From the NCBI GenBank assembly GCA_951406725.2, contig OX597815.1, positions 7,874,001 through 7,938,000 of the forward strand: 64,000 nt of DNA, given 5' to 3'. The position numbers were made by a program, and so were the translations under genes. Below are positions 12,471 through 24,252 of the stretch, piece after piece. The notes beneath the pieces are model-generated. The model was given only the letters and a program-made list of their open reading frames with translations. It ran no database searches and had not been told where the DNA came from. The number at the start of each line of letters is the position of its first letter. Position 1 is the stretch's first letter. The stretch comes from Octopus vulgaris. Its lineage: Eukaryota.

Positions 12471-13070
12471 CTATTTCATTATTACCCACAAGGGGCTAAG
12501 CATAGAGGGGACAAACATGGACAGACATAGGTATTAAGTCGATTATATCGACCCCAGTGCTTAACTGGTACTTAATTTATCGACCCCGAAAGGATGAAAG
12601 GCAAAGTCGACCTCGGCAGAATTTGAACTCAGAACGTAAAGACAGACGAAATACCTATTTCATTATTATCCACAAGGGGCTAAACATAGAGGGGACAAAC
12701 ATGGACAGACATAGGTATTAAGTCGATTATATCGACCCCAGTGCTTAACTGGTACTTAATTTATCGACCCCGAAAGGATGAAAGGCAAAGTCGACCTCGG
12801 CAGAATTTGAACTCAGAACGTAAAGACAGACGAAATACCTATTTCATTATTATCCACAAGGGGCTAAACATAGAGGGGACAAACATGGACAGACATAGGT
12901 ATTAAGTCGATTATATCGACCCCAGTGCTTAACTGGTACTTAATTTATCGACCCCGAAAGGATGAAAGGCAAAGTCGACCTCGGCGGAATTTGAACTCAC
13001 AACGTAACGGCAGCCGAAATACCGCTAAGCATTTCGGCCGACGTGCTAACGATTCTGCCAGCTCGCCGCC
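12471..13070 (-). mobile_element. SINE family B, 3 tandem 184-bp units
   Basis: CTATTTCATTA recurs at 12471, 12655, 12839; head at about 13020-13070; TSD TAGATAATCA(A/G)CTCAACC at 12454-12471 and 13072-13089. Confidence 0.92.
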
Positions 13071-13087
13071 TTAGATAATCAGCTCAA

Positions 13088-13330
13088 CCATCTGCTTTTA
13101 GCCCTGAGATTCGTAGCTAATCTGATGGGTGAGTTTCTGGTCAACATCAGTTTCTTTGCTATGGGCCACATGTTTGCCATGCAGATCTTTCTGCACACAC
13201 CGACCAGTGCTTCATACGCTTTCATCTCAGCCATTAATTTTACTTTCTTTGCAACAACAGTTGTCACGTTTCTTTGCCGTTTCTTTGCCTCAACTCGAGA
13301 TTCGTGTTTGTGTTGTGAAATTGCTAAATA
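13088..13330 (-). pseudogene. Dong/R4-clade LINE fragment (region between RT and CCHC knuckle), frameshifted
   Basis: Translates across shifts as TVVAKKVKLMAEMK...QKDLHGKH...DVDQKLTHQ...LRISGLKADG, resembling R4-clade KxLHG...WL..GLKxETEG. Confidence 0.7.
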
Positions 13331-13459
13331 AGGGATTTAGTAATTTCCCTTTTTTGCTCCTTTGCGATTAAATAAGATTCCAGCTTTGTTCGCCACTGCT
13401 CCGCTTATTATTGAATTGAGTTTGTTTTGTGGAGAGAGCCTTTTTTGTGTACGTGCACG

Positions 13460-13974
13460 TCCAGTCACCACCGACAGAACGATCCAGGCTAATCGACTAG
13501 AGATAATTATTAAAGATACGGAAGAAAATACTTGTAGAGTAGTAAATATAAGTATTCCCTCTGATAAAAACATATCTGTAAAGGAATTTCACACACCAAG
13601 TAAATATAAGAACCTGGAAACTGAAATACAAAAGATGAGAAATCTTAAATCGAGAACTCTTCCTGTTATTGTAGGTGCTCTAGGTATGATAAAAAAAAAG
13701 GGATGTCAGAAACATCTAGATAACATCCCAGGAGAATCATGTCTCAGAGAAATCCAAAAGAGTGTGCTGACAAGTACTGTCCACATCCTTAGAATAAATC
13801 TATTCATTTAAATGCCTGTGTTGTATTAAATGAAGATATTTTGCTACTTCCCCTTCCCAAGCTTTCAGTCATACTGTAACATCTCTTGTCCTTCACTCGC
13901 CCCAGGACACTAGGTGTGTCTCGGCAAGTGACTGCAACAAACATGCAGATTATAAGTAAAATAATAATAATAAT
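13460..13974 (+). pseudogene. Dong/R4-clade LINE 3' end: restriction-like endonuclease domain, 3' UTR, (TAA)n tail
   Basis: PVTTDRTIQANRLEIII...NISIPSDKNISVKE...KYKNLETEIQKM...PVIVGALG; ends in ATAATAATAATAAT. Confidence 0.85.
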
Positions 13975-14412
13975 ATCGTGACGCATATTTGCCATTTGAA
14001 TATGGCTAACCCCTAAGGGTGGATGCTACTGTAGTTTGTAGCCCCAAGAAGATATCTCCTCCAGCTGGCTATAGACACACTATCTGTGTCCTCTCAGTAT
14101 TTGTGAAGGGAAGTCATCCTCCCAGTCTTCAACTCATGATACACACAAACTCGCGTTTCAAGGTGTTTACCTATCTTCAGCGTGTGACAATCATGGTTGT
14201 CGACGAGAAGTCAGCTCCCTTCACAAATACATATACTTTTTCCAGTGTCGATTGACACTGATATTGAAAAAGTGAAATCAAACAATGATAAATCTCAGAG
14301 CGAGTTATAAACAGTAGCGGTAACACATCGTGACGCATATTTGCCATTTGAATATGGCTAACCCCTAAGGGTGGATGCTACTGTTGTTTGTAGCCCCAGG
14401 AAGATATCTCCT
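13975..14412 (-). mobile_element. Retrozyme-like element: 352-bp unit plus 86-bp terminal redundancy, inserted in (TAA)n
   Basis: 13975-14060 is repeated at 14327-14412 with 2 mismatches; internal hammerhead and long rod structure; TAA repeats on both flanks. Confidence 0.72.
14142..14186 (-). ncRNA. Type I hammerhead ribozyme motif
   Basis: Minus strand CACACG-CTGAAGA-T-AGGT(AAAC)ACCT-T-GAAAC(GCGA)GT-T-TGTGTG: all core nucleotides present, stems I/II/III, GUU cleavage triplet; U.U in place of the usual G-C at the base of stem II. Confidence 0.78.
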
Positions 14413-14924
14413 AATAATAATAATAATAATAATAATAACAACAACAACAACAACAACAACAAGAGCATTCAGAGAACGCAAACCTCCGCCAAATCAACAA
14501 CGTCCTCTCAACGATTAACGATTTGATGATTTTTAAAATGAGAGTATTTGAAATAAGATCTTTCAATGAATAACATGAGACCTTTTAGTTTTCTCTTCTC
14601 TTCAATTCTGGTCTTCCTTTAGTATTCCTGTTGTTTTAGATCGATGTATAGATGTGTGTATATATGTAAGTATGCTGTAAAGTGTTAAAATCTATGTGTA
14701 ATCTCATTGGTGAATTAAGAGAATCGTTATACTATCCGATGAAATGTCTCGCTGTATTTAGTTACGGCTTTTTTATGGTCTGGCCTCCTGTGATAGTCAA
14801 CATTGCGTTTCATCAAGCTGGGTTCAATAAAAAGTACCGATCAAGCGAGAAAATCGTTGGAATTGACTGCCCATCCTCTCCAAATTCTGGCATTTTGCCT
14901 ATATTAGAATCAAGATTGAAAAGA

Positions 14925-15335
14925 CTGCTGGTCAACTCATTCCTCAACGAAGGCCCCCATCAACTTTAAGCTTTAGACAAACAGAAAAATGAGAAGGAAA
15001 GGTAGGTTGAGAAAGTTGAAGGAGGGTGGGGAGAATAGCCTGGGTGAATGGCTGTACTCTGGGTATGCCTTTGTGGGATAAAAAAAAATACAACTAGGAG
15101 GGGGAGGACACTTACCTAAGTGATCAGAATAATCTGTTGAATCCATTGATTGACCCCTAGAAGGCTGGACCTCATGGGGATGTTTTATTCCGTGCCTAAT
15201 TGTATATATTTTTTCTTTTTTTCTTCTTTTACTTTGTTTTTGTTATTTGCTTTTTCTTAGAATCGCCTTTGCGTAAACCCTCACCATTTGATAATGTCCT
15301 TTCACCATTGCTCCTGTGGCAAATAAAAGTAATTG
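14925..15335 (+). mobile_element. Possible decayed L1/Tx1-like LINE 3' end
   Basis: Purine-rich coding-like stretch, then T-rich UTR ending in AATAAA; no decisive motif. Confidence 0.3.
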
Positions 15336-15339
15336 CTGT

Positions 15340-16385
15340 TATTATCTTTATTTTCAATAGCATCATCTTTCAGTTCTGTTTCCATTTCTTGCCGAGTGTC
15401 TTCCCGACACCTAGGGCAGAGAAACGTACTGTATACATTGGTAGGCCATTAAAAGAAACACACCAGATTGTTCATTTACAGAGTCATGTGACAGAGAAAA
15501 GGGGGAAGACAAAGAGCAAAAGTAAACAATGAAAAATAGAAAAGTAAACAAATAAAATAGAGGAGGGAATAAGAAAAGAAAATTCACAGCGACAATACTT
15601 TTCTCAATACGTGTGACCAGTTACCAGTTAAGACAATCTTTTGCACTTCTTGTGTGGATGGTAAGCCAGGGACCGTTCTTCAATAATTTTCAGTTCCTTC
15701 TTTAATCATTCCAAGTGCTCCTACAATCTCTGGTATTGTCTAAGGCGGCGAGCTGGCAGAAACGTTCGCACGCGGGTCGAAATGCGTAGCCGTATTTCGT
15801 CTGCCATTACGTTCTGAGTTCAAATTCTGCCGAGGTCGACTTTGCCTTTCATCTTTTCGGGGTCGATTAAATAAGTACCAGTTACGCACTGGGGTCGATG
15901 TAATCGACTTAATCCGTTTGTCTGTCCTTGTTTATCCGCTCTATGTTTAGCCCCTTGTGGGTAATAAAGAAACAGGTATTTGAACCGTCTTGAGATACCA
16001 CACCTTTTCGATTTCAATTAGCAAATCTTTATATTTTCTGAGCTTATCAAATTCTTTTACCGAGATATTATGGTCACCAGTCGATGCTCATGTCAATCAA
16101 TAAACATACTTCATTGCTTTTGTCTTTCACAACAATATCTGGTTTATTTGTTTTGATATTCCGGTCCGTACATACTGGAAAGTCTCAAAGAATCGTTACA
16201 TTTTCTCCCCCAGTTACAACCTCAGGATGGTGCTTGTACCATTTGTTAGCAGTTTTGATTTTTTTAATGCCGACACATTATCCAATGTAGACATTGGCCA
16301 ACTCTGCCATGTCTTGATTTGTACTCTACAGGTGCTAAAAACTTACAGCCAGAAATTAGATGATCGACTGTTTCTATCCCGTAGT
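15340..16385 (-). pseudogene. Dong/R4-clade LINE 3' fragment (CCHC knuckle + RLE + UTR), interrupted by SINE B
   Basis: ETVDHLISGCKFLAPVEYKSRHGRVGQCLHW...KWYKHHPEVV...DFPVCTDRNIKTNKPDIVVKD...LIDMS...KYKDLLIEIEKVW, resuming after the SINE with TIPEIVGALG. Confidence 0.85.
15743..15982 (+). mobile_element. SINE family B, single unit, nested in the Dong LINE
   Basis: AGGCGGCGAGCTGGCAGAAACG head plus central domain. Confidence 0.9.
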
Positions 16386-16389
16386 TACA

Positions 16390-16525
16390 GTATCCTTTCG
16401 AGATCGACAAAATAAGTACCAGTTGAACACGGAATCTATGTAATCGACTTGTACCTGAGTTCAAATTCCGCCGAAGTCGACTTTGCTTGTCATCCTTTCG
16501 GGGTCGATAAATTAAGTACCAGTGA
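16390..16525 (+). mobile_element. Rearranged SINE B fragments
   Basis: First about 58 bp are identical to about 16857-16914, followed by a second central-domain fragment. Confidence 0.75.
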
Positions 16526-16565
16526 AACAAATATCAGAAACTTCACCGCCCTTTTTGAGTAGAAA

Positions 16566-16750
<185 letters not shown>

Positions 16751-17380
16751 AGGCGGCGAGCTAGCTGAGCCATTAGCACGTTGGACAAATGCTTTGCTCA
16801 TTTCGTTCGTCTACACGTTCTGAATTCAAATTCCACTAAGGTCGAATTTTCCTTTCATCCTTTCGAGATCGACAAAATAAGTACCAGTTGAACACGGAAT
16901 CTATGTAATCGACTTAATCCGTTTGTCTGTCCTTGTTTGTCCCCTCTGTGTTTAGCCCCTTGTGGGTAGTAAAGAAATAGGTATTTCGTCTGTCTGCACG
17001 TTCTGAGTTCAAATTCTGCCGAGGTCGACTTTGCCTTTCATCCTTTCGGGGTCGACAAATTAAGCACCAGTTGCTTACTGAGGTCGATCTAATAGACTAG
17101 CCGCCCCCTCCCCCAAAATTTCGGGCCTTGTGCCTATAGTAGAAAGGATTACTATAATGCAGTGAGCTGGCAGAATCGTCAGGGGGCAACGGATAAAATT
17201 TTTGGTGGCATTTCTTCAGGTTCTTTACGATTGGAGTTCAAATACCGCCAACGTCATCTTTACCATTCATCTCTTCCTTCCCGTAAAAATAAAGTACCAG
17301 TCATGTACTTTGGACAATGTAATCGAATCACCCCCATCTCCCTAAAATTGCTGGCTCTTTGCCAAAATTTGAAACAACCA
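16751..17380 (+). mobile_element. SINE family B (2 units, to about 17150), followed by an older decayed B-like copy
   Basis: Head AGGCGGCGAGCTAGC; tail GGCCTTGTGCCTATAGTAGAAAGGATT; second head GTGAGCTGGCAGAATCG. Confidence 0.8.
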
Positions 17381-17651
17381 TTATAATTGGTAAAAAGAAC
17401 ACACACACACATAACCACAAAAAAAAAGACAAAAAGTAAATGATAACAACAGCTGTTAATTCCATGCAGGTTTCCTGTTAATTGCACTTCGAACTGTAAA
17501 AAGTTATCAAAACCAAAAAGAAAAACACCATTTTTTTTTTTGTCTTTCCTCAAAACATTGAGAGAGATATTACAAGTGAGAGTTGTCACCTCACTAATAG
17601 GAAAGAAGAGGAAAGAGGGGAAGATGAGCGATACGAAGAGAGAGAGAGAGA

Positions 17652-17696
<45 letters not shown>

Positions 17697-18054
17697 TCAA
17701 ATATTGTAGAAAACAGAGGCAGCATACAAATAAAAGATTATTCTTTGATCTGCCGGTTCATTTCGTTTAATGAAATTACCCCCGTGGGACCAGAGAGACC
17801 CCCTACACCTTCAACCGGTTTCTATCCCTCTCTCTTGCACACACACAAAGGCACTCACCCACACCTATGCATACACTGCTGAAAGGGATGGGGGCGATTC
17901 ATTGTGAAAGGCCATCGATTATGGAGATTTAGCAATATATCTCAAGCAGCACCATTGATACTGGCTGTTCGATCATTACCATCAAGATAAAGTGATTGAT
18001 AATATGTGGTGCGTAGGTGGGGTGGGAAGGAGGAGCAGGAAGGGGGTGGGGGAA

Positions 18055-18869
18055 CACAGTGATGGTTGTAGCGGTGGTGGTAGTAATGGTGGTATGCTAA
18101 TCGCGGTGGTTTTAGTGATGGTGATTATGGTGGGGATGGTGTGAGTACTACTAGAAATAGTAATGATGGTGGTGGTGGCGGTTGATGGTGAGTGGTGGTG
18201 GTGGTGGTGGTGTTGGTGATAGTGGTGGTTATGGTGGTGGTGGTGGTTTTGGTGGTGGTTGTGGTGGTGGTGGTGGTGGTGGTTGAGATGGTGGTGGTGG
18301 TGGGTATGATTGTGAAGGTGGTGATGGTGGGGAGACTGGAATAGGTAGAGGGTGGGCTAAAGTTTGATAATGGTCGAGGATGTACAAGTGTGTACGCATG
18401 TGTGTATATGTGCGTGTGATTTGTCCCTGTGTATGTGTATGCGCCCGTGTGTCCTTGTATGTGCGTAGGTTTTTCGCTTGTGTTTCAGACGTTACACATA
18501 TCACAACCATATCACACACACACATACACACAGATACACACATATCACATACACACAAACACACACACACATGTATATATATATACATACAGACGCACAC
18601 ACACAAATACATACACATATATACATCTGGCTGTATGTGTGTGTGTGTGTGTGTGTTGTGTGTGTGTGTGTTGTGTGTGTGTGGCTGTAGTGAGGGCTGT
18701 GGGTATTTTATGTAAGTGAATACGCTTTCTAATGTTTGTACGTGATGTCATGTGCCTATTAGGCGTACGAATGTATGTATATGCATATGTATGTATGTAT
18801 GTGTGTGTGTGTGCGTGTATGTATGCATACATACATACATACATGCATATATATATATATATATATATA

Positions 18870-18929
<60 letters not shown>

Positions 18930-19260
18930 TATTCACGAGTGTGTATGTATGCGTATTTTTGTATGTGTTTGTTGATGCGTTATATAAGAGAAATGAAGGC
19001 GAGTAGTTTTGAGGGGAAATAGAAACAATCTGAGAGAAAGCGAGACCGGGGGAGAGAAGGGGAGAGCGAGAGAGAGAGAGAGAGAAAGGACGAAAGGGAA
19101 AGTGAGAGAGGTGAAGGGGAGAGAGGAGGAAGGAAGAGAGGATGGGAGATAGGGCGAAAGGAGGCGAGGAGGGGATAGGAGAGGGGAGGTGGAGAGAGAT
19201 GTGGGGGGGGGGGGCGAAGAGAGAAAATGGAAATAGAAAAATGAAATGGAAACGAGGTTA
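18055..19260. repeat. Low-complexity block: (GGT)n, CA/TG/TA repeats, GA-rich tract
   Basis: Direct reading. Confidence 0.85.
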
Positions 19261-19514
19261 GGATGGGGGTTGTTGTGGTTTATGGTTAACTCGTGTGTGT
19301 CCCAAGGTAATTCTATTCCAACCGTGACCTCCCATCTTCTTATAGGTAAGTTATCATTGCAATACTATTACACATGTCTCGTGTGTCTTATTTAAGTTGG
19401 TAGGGCAATTTTTGAGGGAAATTTGGCTACAATTTCTAGTTGTTGAAAAAACCATGCATTGGCAACTGTGTTCTTCGAGAAGCGAACCACATGACTTATC
19501 ATCAGGTTGGCCGC

Positions 19515-19904
19515 TGTGAAGGCGCAATGGCCCAGTGGTTAGGGCAGCGGACTCGCGGTCATAGGATCGCGGTTTCGATTCCCAGACCGGGCGTTGTGAG
19601 TGTTTATTGAGCGAAAACACCTAAAGTTCCACGAGGCGCTATGCAGGGGGTGGTGGTGATCCCTGCTGTACCCTTTCACCACAACTTTCTCTCACTCTTA
19701 CTTCCTGTTTCTGTTGTACCTGTATTTCAAGGGGCCGGCTTTGTCACTCTCTGTGTCACGCTGAATATCCCCGAGAACTACGTTAAGGGTACACGTGTCT
19801 GTGGAGGGCTCAGCCATTTACACGTTAATTTCACGAGCAGGCTGTTCCGTTGATTCGGATCAACCGGAACCCTCGTCGTCGTAACCGACGGAGTGCTTCC
19901 ATCC
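19515..19904 (+). mobile_element. SINE family C, full length, 15-bp TSD
   Basis: TSD CATCAGGTTGGCCGC at 19500-19514 and 19905-19919. Confidence 0.93.
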
Positions 19905-20049
19905 CATCAGGTTGGCCGCACAACTAAAAGAATTCAAGGTAGCTTTTCGTTGACGTGCCCACCATTCGTAAAACCCTACAATCTGTTCATGACTAATGTA
20001 GGAGTTCCTTCTTTGGCTTTTTGTCGCCGTCGCCGCCGCTGCTACCGTT

Positions 20050-20362
20050 ATCGTTGCTGTTGCTGTTGAGGCGAAGCGGTCTTCGTCCCAGAGCTCGTAA
20101 GATCGCGCCTCTGTAGTGGGAGAAGTCAACCCCCGACACTGAGAGCATCGACGGATGGATGAATGCGCATCCAGGCTCAGCGGTTGCGTAGGAAGTCGGG
20201 GACTGGAAGCAGAAAGAAAGAGTGAGAGAAAGTTGGAGCGAAAGAGTACAACAGGGGTCGATACCACCCCCTGCCGGAGCCTCGTGGAGCTTTAGGTGTT
20301 TTCGCTCAATAAACACACACAACGCCCAGTTGGGAATCGAAACCGCGATCCTCCGACCGCGA
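20050..20362 (-). mobile_element. SINE with family C head and a different 3' tail
   Basis: 20215-20362 matches the C head and body; 20050-20215 is unrelated and ends (minus strand) GGGACGAAGACCGCTTCGCCTC-AACAGCAACAGCAAC. Confidence 0.8.
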
Positions 20363-20539
20363 TGTTGTTGCTGTTCAATCCTAAATCGGCCTTGATTTTT
20401 CAGACCTATGATCAAATACATTCAAGCCGTGACAACCACGTCTCTAACCTAGCAAAAACCAAATGCATTTCGATAAAAAAAATTGCGCTCATCTTAAAAG
20501 AAGATTATTCTATGAATCAGCCTTCAGCTACGAAGCTTG

Positions 20540-21519
20540 CTTTCATGCGGGACGGGAATCATTGACAAGCCCGCACTAAATGGTCCTTATTCACTTCGGA
20601 TATTACCCGGACAATGGCAGCCTTCAGTTAAGCTATGGTATTTGTTGGATGTCGGTTTGACTCCCTTTCAACAACGCACCAACAGTAGTTGTCCAACGGA
20701 TTTAAATCTGGGGAGTTTGGGGACCACAAATTTGGTGTTTCATAATTGTCCAACATCCAATCACTGATTACGTGGACATTACGTGAAGGTGCTGAGACCT
20801 CGATGAAACACGTGCGGCCTACCACTACATACTCCATACATCCAAAGTTTAACAAGTGCCACCGGCTCAACGTTGCCAGCAGCATCAATTCTAAGATTCT
20901 GTGGAAAGATGTGATGTGGTATTATATGACTTTCGTTAGTCACCACTCCTAAAACCACCACTGTGGAGATATCAGAAGGATCTGCACATAGCTAACGGTC
21001 ATTTCTACTGTTAGACTTTTGGTCTTGGTTTAAGTTTTTCTTATTAGAGAAGAACCAAAGCACGTCATGTTCATGAGGGTTTTTAACAAACGGTTTTCAT
21101 ATATCTTTGCAGACATGAATTATTGGCCTCTCTTCAGAACCTAAGTCTTGTATTGAATGCTCTCGTGCACCACAATCGTCCATTCCAAAATCTTAAGTTC
21201 TTTGACAATGGCCCTTAACGTTCTGAAGCCGCCGGATGAATTGCGGTGTCCTTCTAGCATCCGAATGTTTAGAATGCTTTTTCTCTTTAATATAGTTGAA
21301 CCATACTCGGCTTCCAGTTCCACCCGAACTTGCTACATTTAAAGCGTTGGCAAATTTCTAAATCCATGTGTTCCGTACATATGTTACAATGATTGGCTTG
21401 TCTTTTTCATAGCATTTTATCTATCATGAGGGGCCTGAAAGAAAGGAAACTCTTTAAATTTGTCTGAAGATAGTAATATACGGATAATTAAGGGTCCTCA
21501 AATACCCTTGGACCATGTA
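20540..21519 (-). pseudogene. Decayed Tc1/mariner-superfamily transposon (maT/DD37D-like transposase relic)
   Basis: VVLGVV...PHHIFPQNLRIDA...SAPS...WSPNSPDLNPLDNYCWCVVE motif; probable TIR starting TACATGGTCC at 21519. Confidence 0.85.
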
Positions 21520-21529
21520 TTTAACCGTA

Positions 21530-21650
21530 CATATAGATACATAGATGCATATACAGACATAGAGACAGATAGGCATAGATACATAAATACATACATGCAT
21601 ACATAGATACATACATACATACACACATACATACACGCATACATACATAC

Positions 21651-21681
<31 letters not shown>

Positions 21682-21912
21682 CATACGTACATACATACAT
21701 ACATACATACATACGTACATACATACATACATTCATACATACATACATACATTCCTACATACATAGATACACACATACACACATACATACATATACACAC
21801 ACATACATACATACATACATACATACATACATACACATACATACGTACATACTCACATACATACATACATACATACATACATACACACATATATACATAC
21901 ATACATACACAC
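21530..21912. repeat. (TACA)n microsatellite
   Basis: Direct reading. Confidence 0.96.
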
Positions 21913-22359
21913 AAGCTATGCACAAGTCGAGTGTTTCGCTGCTGTCAAGCGCAACCACAACTACTTAGAGCAAATTTCTTGATAGATTTCTTAATAGATC
22001 ATTCCTGTTAAGTTCATTAAGCTGAATTGGTTAACTCGCAGCTCTGTAATGGTGTCACTAACTCGGTTGGGTAACTTATAGATCTTTTACTATATACACT
22101 GTCTGATTTTTCTGGCATTCCGCTGGGGATCATTTACTAAACTAAAATATTACCATGAAATAAATAGCATAAAAAATGGGTTCACAGCAGCATGTAATAT
22201 CACACGCACACATGCGCTCACGCACACACATGCGCGCGCTGCTCGCTCTCTTTCTCTCCTCAACTCCCCCCTCCCTCACCCGGTCTGGCACACACGCATA
22301 CACACTACACATGAATCAATTTCCCACGGTAATATGTCTGTGTATATCCGTGTCTGTGT

Positions 22360-22438
22360 GAGTATGTATATATATATATATATATATAGATACATACATA
22401 CATATATATGCATACGTACATGCACACACATACACATG

Positions 22439-22524
<86 letters not shown>

Positions 22525-22609
22525 CATATATAGACAAACATGTCTATGTACATACATACATACACAACACATAAAATTCATATATCCACACATGTATATA
22601 TAATACGTC

Positions 22610-22656
<47 letters not shown>

Positions 22657-22657
22657 G

Positions 22658-22716
<59 letters not shown>

Positions 22717-22765
22717 GTCTATCTATCTATCTTTCTGTCTATCTGTCTATCTATCTATCTTTCTG

Positions 22766-22832
<67 letters not shown>

Positions 22833-22833
22833 G

Positions 22834-22868
<35 letters not shown>

Positions 22869-22869
22869 G

Positions 22870-22900
<31 letters not shown>

Positions 22901-22925
22901 GTCTATCTATCTTTCTATCTATCTC
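22360..22925. repeat. TA/CA then (TCTA)n microsatellites
   Basis: Direct reading. Confidence 0.94.
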
Positions 22926-23334
22926 TTTTACTCTTTTACTTGTTTCAGTCATTTGACTGCGGCTATGCTGGAGCACCACCTTTAGTCGAGCAAATCAACC
23001 CCAGGACTTATTCTTTGTAAGCCCAGTACTTATTCTATCGGTCTCTTTTTGCCGAACCGCTAAGTGACGGAGACGTAAACACACCAGCATCGGTTGTCAA
23101 GCAATGCTAGGGGGACAAACACAGACACACAAACACAGACACACACACACATATATATATATACATATATACGACGGGCTTCTTTCAGTTTCCGTCTACC
23201 AAATCCACTCACAAGGCATTGGTCGGCCCGGGGCTATAGCAGAAGACACTTGCCCAAGATGCCACGCAGTGGGACTGAACCCGGAACCATGTGGTTGGTT
23301 AGCAAGCTACTTACCACACAGCCACTCCTGCGCC
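22925..23334 (-). mobile_element. SINE family A, full length, inserted in (TCTA)n
   Basis: Reverse complement of 2349-2780; TCTA repeats on both sides. Confidence 0.93.
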
Positions 23335-23342
23335 TATCTATA

Positions 23343-23448
<106 letters not shown>

Positions 23449-23461
23449 CACATACATATAT

Positions 23462-23492
<31 letters not shown>

Positions 23493-23747
23493 ATAGACGG
23501 CACCAATTCGAACGTGCACAGTTGGCCATTCTTTGCCAAGGCAGTAACTGATTCTCTTCTTAAATACTACCCCAACCATCATTCCTTTTCCCCCTCCACC
23601 ACCCACACACACATTTCACTCCATCCAACCTCGCTCCCACCTCGTTTTTTCTTCTCTCTCTTTCCTTTACCTCATCCTTTTTCTTCCATGATGGATTGGT
23701 ATGGATTGGTCTCCAGGCAATATCTTATCGCTTATCTTGCCCCCGCT

Positions 23748-23761
23748 CTCTTCTTCCTTTT

Positions 23762-23837
<76 letters not shown>

Positions 23838-24070
23838 TTCCTCTTCTTCTTCTTCTTCTTCTTCTTCTTCTTCTTCTTCTTCTTCTTCTTCTTCTTCTTC
23901 TTCTTCTCTCCTCTTCTTCTTCTTCTTCTTTCTCTTCTTCTTCTTCTTCTTTTCCTTCTTCTTCTTCTTCTTCTTCTTCTTCTTGTCCTTCTTCTTCTTC
24001 TTCTTCTTCTTCTTCTTCTTCTTTTTCTTCTTCCTTTTCTTCTTCTTCTTCTTCTTCTTCTCCTCCTCGT
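23748..24070. repeat. (TTC)n(TTA)n(TTC)n microsatellite
   Basis: Direct reading. Confidence 0.96.
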
Positions 24071-24221
24071 CCTCATCCCTTTACTCTTTCTCTCCTTTCT
24101 CCATTCATTCCCACTTTCGACCCGTTCCTTATTCTCCTCCCTGTCTGACACTTCTCTCTAATGCTGTCTTTTTTCTAATCTCTCTACATACCTATACAGT
24201 CTTTCTGCCTTTCTCTCTCTC

Positions 24222-24252
<31 letters not shown>

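Noticed and set aside
14458-14700. ACAAGAGCATTCAGAGAACGCAAACCTCCGCC, reminiscent of a Helentron-like repeat end
   Set aside because: Single copy in the window and no second terminus identified
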